This document shows, piece by piece, positions 12,661 to 24,662 of a stretch of 64,000 bases of DNA; the stretch's first letter is position 1; each line of letters starts with the position of its first letter. The stretch is from Octopus sinensis. Its lineage: Eukaryota. The translations under genes and the position numbers were made by a program. The stretch spans positions 46,500,001 through 46,564,000 of the forward strand of contig NC_042999.1 in assembly GCF_006345805.1 (NCBI RefSeq), read 5' to 3'. The notes beneath the pieces are model-generated. The model was not told the DNA's origin and did not search any database. It saw nothing but the letters and a program-made list of their open reading frames with translations.

Positions 12661-13040
12661 GGCGTAGGAGTGGCTGTTTGGTAAGGAGCTTGCTTACGAA
12701 CCACATGGTTCCGGGTTCAGTGTCCCACCGCGTGGCACCTTGGCAAGTTGTCTTCTACTATAGCGTCGGGCCGAGCAAAGCCTTGTGAGTGGATTTGGTA
12801 GACGGAAACTGAAAGAAGCCCGTTGTATATATGTATATATATATGTTTGTGTGTCTGTGTTTGTCCCCATCCCCCCAACATCGCGTGACAACCGATGCTG
12901 GTGTGTTTACGTCCCAGTAACTTAGCGGTTCGGCAAAAGCGACCGATAGAATAAGTACTAGGCTTACAAAGAATAAGTTCTGGGGTCGATTTGCTCAACT
13001 AAAGGCGGTGCTCCAGCATGGCCACAATCAAATGACTGAA
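12661..13040 (+). mobile_element. SINE family A, full length (tRNA head, internal TA/TG microsatellite, conserved tail)
   Basis: Head ggcgtaggagtggctg..tggtaag...ggttccgggttcagt (A/B boxes); tail ...aaggcggtgctccagcatggcc...aaatgactgaaacaag; more than 10 copies in the window. Confidence 0.9.
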
Positions 13041-13075
13041 ACAAGTATAAGATTAAACGATTAAAGATTTTATCC

Positions 13076-13151
<76 letters not shown>

Positions 13152-13152
<1 letters not shown>

Positions 13153-13560
13153 TCTTTTACTCTTTTACTTGTTTCAGTCATTTGACTGCGGCCATGCTGG
13201 AGCACCACCTTTAATCGAGCAACTCGACCCCGGGACTTATTCTTTTGTAAGCCCAGTACTTATTCTATCGGTCTCTTTTGCCGAACCGCTAAGTAACGGG
13301 GACATAAACACACCAGCATCGGTTGTCAAGCAATGCTAGGGGGACAAACACAGACTCACAAACACACACACGCATATATATATATACATATATACGACGG
13401 GCTTCTTTCAGTTTCCGTCTACCAAATCCACTCAGAAGGCTTTGGTCGGCCCGAGGCTATAGTAGAAGACACTTGCCCAAGGTGCCACGCAGTGGGACTG
13501 AACCCGGAACCATGCGGTTTGTAAGCAAGCTACTTACCACACAGCCACTCCTGCGCCTAT
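13152..13560 (-). mobile_element. SINE family A, full length, inverted relative to the 12661 copy
   Basis: Reverse complement of the family A consensus. Confidence 0.9.
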
Positions 13561-14053
13561 ATACATATATACATATATACATATATACATATAATCAATA
13601 AGAATACCGGGTCTGTAAACCAAATTTTAAATTAAAATTTTTAAATTATTAGATTGTATTAAAATGCGTATATTGCTTTCAAAATTATTTCAATAATAAA
13701 CAAAAACTAAAATTTAAAAGGAAAACTTACAAGAGGGAAGATGCATAATTAAAGTTTCATAAGAACAAGCGCGCTCAAAAATCAAATCTTCAATAGGCTT
13801 CATAGCAAAATCATATCTGTATATACATTTATGCATGCTTTAGCTATTTGCTTTCCGCATTATTTCTTTTCTATGCATTTTTCACTTCGTTGCTCTTGCC
13901 TATTTTGAACCATTCATCGTCATTTGCTCATTGTTTCTACCTACGGTTTGAGAGAACTAGAGTGAGGGAGAGAAATACCAGTGAAAATAGAGGGAAGCAA
14001 TGCAGTTGTATCATAAATCATCACAATGTTTCTGTGAAAATAGTATACTGGGT

Positions 14054-14306
14054 ATTAATACCCTGAAACTAGTCTGCAGATGCGTGATCAGCAAGGAGAA
14101 GCGACTGACCTCCCTTGTTCGAAGGTTATAATGGACACAGGTTCGTGTGTCACATAGCTAGCTAGAGGGGATGGCCTCTTGGAGCTAATCAACGACAGCA
14201 TTCGTCCTATATTTCCGGACTGCCATATTAGCTTGGCGACAACTATTAATATCCTGTACCGCTGCCGTAGTTTCCTCTAGAGAGACTTAGAAATAATGAT
14301 ATTTCT
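14054..14306 (+). mobile_element. 253-bp insertion between 14-bp direct repeats, related to 38411-38590
   Basis: ATAGTATACTGGGT at 14040-14053 and 14307-14320; colinear motif matches to the 38.4-kb element. Confidence 0.5.
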
Positions 14307-14934
14307 ATAGTATACTGGGTGTTTAATATATTTGCTACACCTGCTTTGGTACTAAATCGTCTAAGAGTCTCCTCAAAAGGCAGGGTAGATTTCTTCACAG
14401 CTGTATGGGGTGAATGCCTTCTATAAAATCACAACAAATCTGCAACAACCTAGAATTTCAATGCATGAGATCTTCTCATTAAATAATATAAATATTGTCA
14501 GTTTTACTTCAGGTTATTCTTAGTATTAAGTAGCTCCTTACTATGAATTCATTGAAAGTTAATGCTGAGGTGCAGCGTTAAACTTAAACCATTAGTGCGT
14601 GATGTGATCAAAATTGAATGCATTATAAATACAAGAGCTGGAATAGCTTGCCTTCTTTTCTCCCACAAATATTAACAGTTATTCAAGGCGTCATACAAAA
14701 TTGATAATCTAAATTTAATGTGCTTAAAAATTAATATTGTAGCAATTGCTGGCGTGTAAGGGAAACAGACTTTGGCTATTTTAATTGATAAATGAATGAA
14801 TATAATGATATTGGTGGGCAAACTGAGAATCTTTCCTAATTGTAGTTATTTCTATTCTCATGCGCGCTCTTACTGATTGTACGTAAAATTCAGAGGCAGA
14901 ATTGGCTCCAATATGCTGGTCTCTGATTTCAGTA

Positions 14935-15375
14935 AGCTGTCAGAATCGTTAGCACGCCGGGAAAAATGCTTAGCGGTGTCTCGTCAGCCTTTAATTTCTT
15001 AGTTCAAATTTCGCCGAGGTCGACTTTGCCTTTCATCCTTTCAGGGTCGGTAAATTAAGTACTAGTTGCGTACTGGAGTCGATCTAATAGACTGGCCCCT
15101 CTTTCCCCAAATTTCGGGCCTTGTGCCTAGAGTAGAAAAGAATATGTTGATCTCTGAATGCAGCGAGCTGGCAGAATCGTTAGTATGCCGGGCAAAATGC
15201 TTAGCGGCGTCTTGTCCGCCATTAAGTTCTTAGTTCATATTTCCCCGAGGTCGACTTTGCCTTTCATCATTTCGGGGTCGATAAAAATAAATACCAGTTA
15301 AGCACGGGTCGATGTAATTGACTTATCTATTTCCACGAACTTGCTGGCCTTGTGCCAAATTTTGAAACCAATATC
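14935..15375 (+). mobile_element. Two head-to-tail SINE family B copies
   Basis: Each has gagctggcagaatcgttag (A box), gttca(a/t)att(t)c (B box) and gtcgactttgcctttcatc.tttc.gggtcg.taaa (MetaSINE-like central domain, recalled). Confidence 0.85.
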
Positions 15376-15434
15376 CTGACCTCTTAAAATACGGCCATGC
15401 ACAGCAGAAGCGTTAAAGTATCGGAAAAAATTAC

Positions 15435-15515
15435 TTGCGTTGTATCTTTCCGCTGTTTACACTTTGAATCCCAATCTTGCAGAAGGGAAGTTTGCTTCTC
15501 ATTGTTTCAAGATCG
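15435..15515 (-). CDS. Candidate 81-nt exon (DLETMRSKLPFCKIGIQSVNSGKIQR)
   Basis: actttattctag acceptor and CAA|GTAATT donor; only the phase 2-2 frame is open. Confidence 0.3.
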
Positions 15516-15794
15516 CTAGAATAAAGTACCAGTATTGAAGAACTCGTTTGAATGTCTCTCTCCAAATTGCTGGATTTGTGGTTAATTATTAATAATTTGG
15601 TTGATCTTTTCAATACAAACGAAGTGTTTGATAGTTTTCAAAATCTCACATAAACATATACATATACCCGACTGTATATATATATATATATATATATAAT
15701 TAATAATATTAGGGTAATAAAGAAATTTTTACTACCAGTGGCCTAGCGTATAGAAAAATTAATCAATAGACTATATATTATACATAAAAAATGC

Positions 15795-16112
15795 AGTGTG
15801 CATTTAAACACATTAAGAGGTATCCATCATAGGACTCCCTTACGCTAGAAGGAACATCTAAAGTCCAAACGACTAATTAGAGATAAAATCTCGAAAGGAA
15901 AGAAAAATAAAAACATTTACCATCTATTTCCTGGACCATGGTTTCAGAATTTTTTTTAGCAAATAACATGTTCCAGGAAATAGATGGTAAATGTTTTTAT
16001 TTTTCTTACTTTTCGAGATGGTATCCCTAATTAGTGATTTGGACTTTAGCTGTTCCTTCTAGCGTAAGGGAGTCCTATGATGGATACCTCTTAATGTGTT
16101 TAAATGTACACT
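15795..16112. repeat. Fold-back inverted repeat (~146-bp arms, ~26-nt loop), same family as 7259-7512
   Basis: 15795-15940 pairs with 15967-16112; shares atttaaacaca, acgctagaa.gaaca.cta and agatggtaaa motifs with the 7.3-kb fold-back. Confidence 0.9.
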
Positions 16113-16125
16113 ATATCTTATATAT

Positions 16126-16176
<51 letters not shown>

Positions 16177-16979
16177 CACACCTCCACAAACGTTTATATG
16201 AAATGCTGAATTCTAAAGTGGATGTATGACTAATAATTTTCTGTTAGAGAAGGAGTCGACTTAATCTAGCCTGGTACTTGATAAGTACACCTCTTATCGA
16301 ATTCCAGGAGGATAAAATGCGAAATGATCTTCATCTGAATTTGAACCCAGAATACAAACTACTGAAAGCAAATATTGCATGAACATAAATTCCATTAACT
16401 TATCTCAACCCACATATTTATCACTAGCCAACCGTCATCGTTGTTTTTTAGTCACACTCAATTTACACATTGTAGAAATAGAATTACACTTTATAATCTT
16501 AAGGTAAATTTTAAACACAAACATGAGACCATTTTTGGAACCTTGTGTCATGCAATTAATTATTTAAAGAAAAGAGCCTACAACATTTCATTTTCACTAA
16601 ATTCAAATTCCAACCACCCTACCGTGCTTTTCATCAATCCAGATTTGTTTTTGTGCTTTCAAAATTTAATGCGGGAAGTTCTTTTTGTTGTAATTTTACC
16701 TCTTACAGAATCGGCAACTGCATAGTTAAAATAAACATGTAATAAAAGATTTATTTTTCGTTCCCTTCATCAGTTTCGTAAAATATATCTCTCGTATACT
16801 TGCAAAACAAGAGCATATATTTCATTTGTACTAAAGATCCACTACTCTTTTAAGATGAGGAATTTCACTCTGATACTTTTCAGAAATTTTTTTGTCGTAC
16901 ATACTGAAAGTTTTGAAATATTTGAAAACAATATGTATACAAACATCATAAATACACACATACATGCTTGATACACACA

Positions 16980-17029
<50 letters not shown>

Positions 17030-17116
17030 TACACACACATACACAACACAATACACCTGCACGCTGAAACACACGCACGTAAATGTATATAGGATTTGTT
17101 TGTTTTTTTTGACAAG

Positions 17117-17259
17117 AACGCGAAGAGGAAGAATCCGTCACGAAGCGTTGGAAAATTAATGAAGAATTACATCCGTGAACATGGAGTCCTTTTCAACTGT
17201 ATTGTACAAAGCTCAAGCAACAGTAAGATGCATGCTGTTCTCTCCTATTGGGTTGTTGG
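17117..17259 (+). CDS. Candidate exon (NAKRKNPSRSVGKLMKNYIREHGVLFNCIVQSSSNSKMHAVLSYWVV)
   Basis: Poly-T tract plus ACAAG acceptor; GG|GTAAGT donor (alternative donor at 17222); the frame closes immediately after the donor. Confidence 0.3.
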
Positions 17260-17433
17260 GTAAGTTTACTAAATAATTTGCCGATTCAGAGAGCACTCAT
17301 TGTAGCGGTTGCAAGCTTCTGTTGTGTCAGTATCGCGTTATCTTTTCTGCTCCAGTTTGAAACTGATTCACTCCAAATACACTCACAACCGTATACTCCC
17401 TGTTTGTCTTCTTCCTGTCTATCTCTGTATATA

Positions 17434-17482
<49 letters not shown>

Positions 17483-17485
<3 letters not shown>

Positions 17486-17869
17486 GAGTGGCTGTGTGGT
17501 AAGTAGTTTGCTAACCAACCACGTGGTTCCAGGTTCAGTCCCACTGCGTGGCATCTTGGGCAAGTGTCTTCTACTATAGCCCCGGGCCGACCAATGCCTT
17601 GTGAGTGGATTTGGTAGATGGAAACTGAAAGAAGCCTGTCGTATATATATAGTGTGTGTGTTTGTGTGTCTGTGTTTCTCTCCCTAGCATTGCTTGACAA
17701 CCGATGCTGATGTGTTTATGTCCCCGTCACTTAGCGGTTCGGTAAAAGAGACCTATAGAATAAATACTGGGCTTACAAAGAATAAGTCCCGGGGTCGATT
17801 GCTCGACTAAAGGCGGTGCTCCAGCATGGCCGCAGTCAAATGACTGAAACAAGTTTAAAGAGAAAAGAG

Positions 17870-17870
<1 letters not shown>
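17483..17870 (+). mobile_element. SINE family A
   Basis: Matches the 12661 copy. Confidence 0.9.
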
Positions 17871-17915
<45 letters not shown>

Positions 17916-18009
17916 TATATGTATGTATGTATCTATGTATATATGTATGTATATATGCGTGTGTGTGTACGAATGTGTGTTTGTGCATGTATTATTACAT
18001 GTATAAATA

Positions 18010-18665
18010 TACGAGGTCTGATCAATAAGTATCCTGACTGTTGCCATAGTAAAGAAGCTAAAGTATTCAGAGTGAAGCCGCTCGGCACAGATTGACCTTG
18101 AACCCTGTTGTGCATGTGCAATAAGCTTCAATGTTCCAGCTCACTTTCGCTGTTTACAGCGATGCTTGGAACGAACGTGTGTAGCGTGTGATCACGGTAT
18201 TGACTATGACAGAGGAAGTTGGCATGGCGATTACTACTTATTGGCCTACACGAAGTTGCGGAAAGCGTATGGAGAGGAGTGTATGAACCACACGCAAGTG
18301 TACGAGTGGTTCAGACGTTTCCAAGATGGCCGTAAAAATGTCGATATTAACGAACGTTCTGAGAGACCCGCAACCAACAAAACTGAGAAAGACATCACAG
18401 ATGTGGGAGCAGCTGTCAGGGGAATTCGTCGAATTACCATCCGTGAGTTATTGGAGAATGTGCAGATTAGTTACGGTTCAGTTCAGTCCGTTGTCGCTGA
18501 AGATTTGTGTATAAGACACATGTCCGCCAAGTTTGTGCTCAAACTGCTTTCAGCTGACCAAAAGACACTCGCGTTTCAATCGCATATGATCTTGATTGTG
18601 TCGAGAACGATGTAAACATTTTGAAAACTTTGCGTTAGATAAAGGAGAAAACTGATGAAACGGAT
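18010..18665 (+). mobile_element. mariner DNA transposon, 5' portion (TIR and HTH of transposase), truncated by a SINE
   Basis: TA|CGAGGTCTGATCAATAAGTATCC terminus; ORF 18166-18615 has LRKAYGEECMNHTQVYEWFRRFQDGR...RRITIREL...AKFV.KLL. Confidence 0.9.
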
Positions 18666-18667
18666 GA

Positions 18668-18993
18668 CACTTTGGCAAGTGTCTTCTACTATAGCTTTGG
18701 GCCGACCAAAGCCTTGTGAATGGATTTGGTAGACGGAAACTGAAAGAAGCCCGTCGTATATATGTATATATATATATATATGTGTGTGTGTTTGTGTTTC
18801 TATGTTTGTCCCACCGCCCAACATCGCTTGACAACCGATACTGGTGTGTTTACGTCTCCGTAACTTAGTGGTTCGGCACAAGCGACCGATAGAATAAGTA
18901 CTAGGCTTACAAAGAATAAGTCCTGGGGTCAATTTTCTCGACTAAAGGCGGTGCTCCAGCGTGGCCGCAGTCAAATGACTGAAACAAGTAAAA

Positions 18994-18995
<2 letters not shown>
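18668..18995 (+). mobile_element. SINE family A, 5'-truncated, abutting the mariner fragment
   Basis: Matches family A from ctttggcaagtgtcttctactatag onward. Confidence 0.9.
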
Positions 18996-19040
<45 letters not shown>

Positions 19041-19331
19041 AAAGAAATGGTATATAGTGCTCAGGTGCACTACAACTAAGAAAAAAAAAGCCATGATCAA
19101 CTTTTCAATGAAACTTTCTGAAGAGCTTGGGTGCTTCTTGCTCAGTAACTTTTGTAAGTCTCCAATAAATGATGTTGGATTTTTCCGGATAGGAACACGT
19201 CTAAACAACTGTAACAAACAATGGAAATTTATTCTGTGAGAAAGCTACATCAGGTAAAGAAAAAAACTGACGAAACGGAGTTGGTTCACATCTGCTCTAT
19301 GATACCCGACATTAGTTTTCAACGTGTAATA

Positions 19332-19689
19332 TCTTTATATATAAAAGTCAAGTTGTGTGTCTGTCTCCTACGATTTAGATTCCTAACTACTCCTACATTT
19401 TGCGGTGCAGTTTAACCAAAACCGGGTATCTTGTAGTCTACGATGAGTCTACGATAAAAAAAAAATTACCATCATTTTTTCCCATTTTAATGCATTTTTT
19501 CGCTATTGTATAAGGGAAGTAACTCTCTAAAAATGTCCACGATGAGTCAACGATTTAAAAAGAAATTTACCATAATTTTTTTTCCATTTTTAATGCATTT
19601 TCTTGCTATTTTTTTGGCTATAACTCTCTAAAAATGCTTATATAGTTATTTCCCTTACAAACCCGAGCAACGCCGGGCGATACTGCTAT
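19332..19689 (+). mobile_element. Non-autonomous Helitron (same family as 62893-63401)
   Basis: A|TCtttatatataaaa 5' end; 3' CCCGAGCAACGCCGGG hairpin then tactgCTAt; internal ~100-bp duplication. Confidence 0.8.
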
Positions 19690-19865
19690 TTTAACATAAA
19701 CACACAATTCAAAGTTAGAAGACTATAGTCAATTGAATCGAATGATAACCTATTTAAACTCGGAACATTAAGGTCCGTAAATTAATATTGCAATCCACTT
19801 GGTTCAACACACTGCAAATTTACCGTCATTAGTGGCTTGTAAATATTACACTTCCAAGTATACTT

Positions 19866-20075
19866 ACTCTTTACTCTTTTACTTGTTTCAGTCATTTGAC
19901 TGTGGCCATACTGGAGCACCGCCTTTAGTCGAGCAAATCGACCCTAGGACTTATTCTTTGTAAGCCTAGTACTTATTCTATCAGTCTGTTTTGCCGAATC
20001 GCTAAGTTACGGGGACGTAAACACACCAGCATCTGTTGTCAAGCGATGTTGGGTGGGGGGACAAACACAGACATA
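19866..20075 (-). mobile_element. SINE family A, 3' half
   Basis: Reverse complement of the family A tail. Confidence 0.9.
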
Positions 20076-20136
20076 CAAACGTACACACACACATACATAC
20101 GCACGCGCGCACACACACACACACACACGCGCACGC

Positions 20137-20325
20137 GCACACATATAACGAAGCTAAAGCATTCAGAGTGAAGCCGCTCGGCACAGATTGACCTTGAACC
20201 CTGTTGTGCATGCGCCATAAGTTTCAACGTCCTAGCTCACTTTCGCTGTTTACAGCGATGCTTGGAGGAACGTGTGTAGCGTGTGATCATGGTATTGACT
20301 ATGGCAGAGAAAGTTGGCATGGCGA
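20137..20325 (+). mobile_element. Second mariner 5'-UTR fragment (similar to 18053-18231)
   Basis: gaagctaaag.attcagagtgaagccgctcggcacagattgaccttgaaccctgttgtgcatg...gttggcatggcga near-identical to the 18.0-kb copy. Confidence 0.9.
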
Positions 20326-20348
20326 GATATATATATATATATATATAG

Positions 20349-20415
<67 letters not shown>

Positions 20416-20482
20416 TATATATATATATAATATATATATGTATAGTATATATATATATTGGTATATATATATATATATAATG

Positions 20483-20540
<58 letters not shown>

Positions 20541-20541
20541 G

Positions 20542-20596
<55 letters not shown>

Positions 20597-20743
20597 TATA
20601 TGTATATAATATATATATATATATATATACTATATTATTATATATATATATATATAATATATATATATATGTATATATATATGTATATTACGTAACGACA
20701 CCAATAATAAGATTATTTTTAGTATAATAATAGCATCGATAAG

Positions 20744-20895
20744 TTACTACTACTACTACAACTACTACTACTACTACCGCTACTACTACCACTACTACTA
20801 CTACGACTACTACCGTTACTACTACTACTACTACTACTACTACTACCGCTACTACTACCGCTACTACTACTACTACTATTGCTGCTGCTGCTACG
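20744..20895. repeat. (ACT)n trinucleotide tract
   Basis: Direct reading. Confidence 0.95.
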
Positions 20896-21039
20896 TACTA
20901 TTGTTATTTATTATCATCAGTGAGAGAGCAGTGCATGCCATCCAAGGTTACATTGGGATACAAATATACGAAGCCCACGTAGCATAGTATACCCACCGTG
21001 ACCACCTGTCTGATAAGGGTACGTCAGTCACGTGTAGAA

Positions 21040-21740
21040 TATTATTTGATCACTTTCAGATACTACAGGCCTGACTGTTTTATTGAGGAACATTGCATGT
21101 TGAGTGTAAATTCTAAGGGCATGATAGTGCCGTCAGCACTGTCTGCCTGAGATGTGCGTTGATCGAGAAAACCGTCCTTCACGCGCTCGTACAGGGCTCG
21201 AGCATTGCTATCTTGTGGAGGTAGGTCGAACAGCTGCTATTACGGATGCGGTTATCGGCTAATTACGTTGTAAAGATCGCACCGGTGCCTTCATTTATCC
21301 TGGATGGGCAGACAGTTTTCCTCTGTCTGGTGGCTCACGCGAAAGAGTTGCATGGTAGAAACGACTTAAAAGAGCAAAAGCAGACACTTCCTTTTCGGAC
21401 AACCTTTTTTCATCAGGTTCCACTTGGAAAGGAAAATGAGGTACTGCTCCACTAGATATTTCGTAAAATGGTGGATGAATATAGCGCGATTGGCCCGAGT
21501 GAATGAGTCTGCTCCTAGTATGCACCTGGAGGAGGAAAGAGGAGCACTTGCTATGGTATTCCTGGTGAATAAGGTGACTCAGAAGCTGTAGGGTTCTTTG
21601 CGTGACCTTGGGTTCAGTTTCCCCTTTTCGGGAAATATGTCGTTAGAATTGTTTTCTTATTGTTACCGTTTTATTGTTTCCTCATATTTATGTAAACTCC
21701 CTCTGTTCTATGTCTTTGTCTTTTCCTTAAACGTTTTGGC
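21040..21740 (+). mobile_element. Tx1/L1-clade LINE 3' fragment
   Basis: Reads TVCLRCALIEKTVLHALV...YVEQLL...LSANYVVKI, paralogous to the zf-RVT region at 37.7 kb. Confidence 0.6.
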
Positions 21741-22052
21741 AGCCCTAGTATTCCATGAAATACTATAATTTTTATCATTATCATTAAATTTCTAATAATA
21801 CTACAAATAGAAATAAATGTAATTCGTTAGTATTGATTTGTTCGTACACTATATAAAGAAACAACATTGTTATTGTCTTTGTTATTATGAATTATATGTA
21901 ATTTAGTAATTTTCTATGAATTATCAAAATAATTATTGGGTAATGTCTTACTATTTTTCTCATATAGACGTTTGTTTACGGAGCCAGTCGAGAAAGAAAT
22001 ATATGTATGTTATCATGATTCAGTGGAGCCGAATTTAGTTGAACTTGCTTAC

Positions 22053-22629
22053 CAAATGAGCTTCAGCGTTGTCGCTTGAAGGAAGTATATAAGATAATGG
22101 TATGGAAATATTGAATACAGTGATTTTTAAGACACAGAAACGTTTTTGAGTAACGTTCACTTTGTTTTCAAGCAAGCTGTCGTGAATGCATCATGTGGAC
22201 TTGAGTTAAAATTGAATGCCGAGGATTTGATATTTTTCTGAACATATCACATAATTTAGATCAACATTGGTTCGCCAGACTGAGGCTGTTGTGAAAATGT
22301 AATGTACTGGAATTTTCTGAGTAAAAGTTAAGTGCGATAAAGCAGGGCTCCATATGCACAGAGGGACCTACTTATCTGTTATCATCTTAATACAGAACAA
22401 AATAACTGGTTGTGGCTGTTTCGAAGCTGGAGATTTGGCAACGTTGACTGGACATTCAATCTGTTTTTATTACAATACGCTTTGGAACTTGAGGGAAACA
22501 CACACACACATGCATATGTTCGTGCACGCAGAAATATCCATATACATATATAAAAAGGGACATACATTTCGCATACAGAGAACCCTTTGACGTTTACACA
22601 TATATAAACAGAAGAAGAAGAAGAAGAAG

Positions 22630-22672
<43 letters not shown>

Positions 22673-22885
22673 AACATCTGAAGTGAAATAAACTGCATTA
22701 AATCAGCAACATTAAATAAGCGACGCTAAAGCAGTTGTGTCAATCGTCTCATACCAACTGCAATAAAAGTTGTGTGAAAATCCGATGAACATCGCCATTA
22801 AGTAAATGATCATAAAAAGTATCAGAAATAAATGACGGACCGGGACCTTAATATACTTACCTGAATTGCTCTAAATATATCCAAA
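22053..22885 (-). CDS. Pair of candidate micro-exons: 22885-22861 (25 nt) and 22074-22053 (22 nt)
   Basis: Donors CAG|GTAAGTAT and TTG|GTAAGC; the second has a strong atcttatatacttccttcaag acceptor; joined they read xWIYLEQFSDNAEAHL. Confidence 0.3.
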
Positions 22886-23306
22886 CTGTATCAGATTACA
22901 GGATTTTCTTCATTCTCATACACATGAATGCACACAGATAAAACATTGAGCCATGCAGGTAAACTATTGCATATTCACATACTGAGTTGTAATATTTTTA
23001 TTTCAACTTCTAAACATCTTCTTTCTGTGTATGTCTGTATGTGTGTGCATGTATGTGTGTGTATGTGCGTGTGCGTATGTGTGCGTGCATGCATGCGTGC
23101 GTGTCAATAAAATCTCAGAGAATGCAGGCAGCTTAGCTTCTTTATGCTTAGGGCAGTATAATCGACGAAGAGTACATGACATCCCTTCTAAGAATGATAC
23201 TTTAAGTGAAGAGTTGATGGTGGCACGTTCTTGTTATGCTTTGGCGTATGTTGCAGTTCAGGATAGGTATGACGCCGTCAGCAATAAGTCATTGCAGGAT
23301 AATAAA

Positions 23307-23369
<63 letters not shown>

Positions 23370-23849
23370 CATTATTAATATTAGGGAAGTTATTTCCGAA
23401 TCCACAGGGGAGAGAAATTTAATTTAGTGGTACTAAAACGAATTACTCTCTGTATTATATACATATATATATAGATAGGTTTAAGAAACAGAACCACCTT
23501 CAAGCAACTCAATCAACATTGAACGACATTATCTAAGATAGAGATATATAAGATTAAATTTTATCAAAATTAATATCAACAATTCTTATTCAGAATCCTA
23601 CATAAATTATATAGACTACGCGCGTTTCATGACAATATCTATTGGTATTGCTGAAATAGAAGGTCTCAAAATTCAATACCATATCAATCCGACTATACAG
23701 CCAATTTTCAGGTCTGGATTATATATTAAGGAAGGATGCGTTCTTGTCCCATTTTTGTATTTTTACATTAAAAAATATGGCGAAGTACGTACACTTTGGT
23801 TACTTATATGTAAGTATATATATATATCTAAATTTTGTACGACTCTACG

Positions 23850-24371
23850 ATTAGTAGTAAATTTTCGGATGAATTTCCCATGAAATCCGACTTTGTGAAG
23901 ATCTCAGCGAACAGTTTTTGTGGAAACTGGATTCTCGAGGTAGTCATTAAGCACTGCAGTAATTTTGGGAGCTGTACTTTTGTGATCCTTTCTAGCAATT
24001 AGCATAAGAGTCCGACGGTCCCCATGTGAAAGTTTTGGTTTTCTTACGGAGATTTGTTTCGTCGAGGAGGTCTTTCCCTTTTTCACAAAGGCTGTCAAAC
24101 ATTACAGCTGTTTTCGTTACGCTAGCGCTTGCCATACGAGCACCAACAATTTCACCTATTTGAGAATCCGATAGATCTGTCATTTTCATGAATTTTAATT
24201 ACCTTTTTCCCATGATATCTAAAAAGAAACAGCAATTTTAGCAAAACATATTAAGCAACATAACAATAAATCAAAAACCATAAAAATAAACAAGCATGTG
24301 TCGGTTTTATAGATATTTCAAAATTATGATGCTAAGATGCTAGGTGTTTCCATTAATTTGTCCAACCCCTG
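23850..24371 (-). mobile_element. Tc1-like transposon, 5' portion
   Basis: TA|CAGGGGTTGGACAAATTAATGGAAACACC terminus; MTDLSDSQIGEIVGARMASASVTKTA and RKPKLSHGDRRTL...KSTAPKITAVLN...PVSTKTVR. Confidence 0.9.
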
Positions 24372-24552
24372 TATATATATATAAGTATATATATACATAT
24401 GTCTATATATGTATGTCTATATATATGCATATATATATATATATATATGTAAAAATGTATATATATATATATATATGTGTGTGTGCGTATATATAAGTGT
24501 ATATACATATATATGCATATATATATATATTATATATACACTTATATATACG

Positions 24553-24590
<38 letters not shown>

Positions 24591-24662
24591 CATGTTTACA
24601 TATACATTATATATATATATATATAATGTGTGTGTGTGTGTGTGTGTATGTGTTAAGGTATG

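Noticed and set aside
12661-12740. SINE heads as functional tRNA genes
   Set aside because: A/B boxes are present but I could not fold a complete cloverleaf, and each continues into SINE body sequence
16755-16780. Minus-strand CTGATGA...GAAA as a hammerhead
   Set aside because: No credible stems I, II or III
20204-20727. IYIYIY-type ORFs here and throughout the window
   Set aside because: Translations of (TA)n/(CA)n microsatellites
23031-23348. 105-aa ORF between microsatellites
   Set aside because: Starts and ends in simple repeats; the central 70 codons were not recognisable and the acceptor is weak
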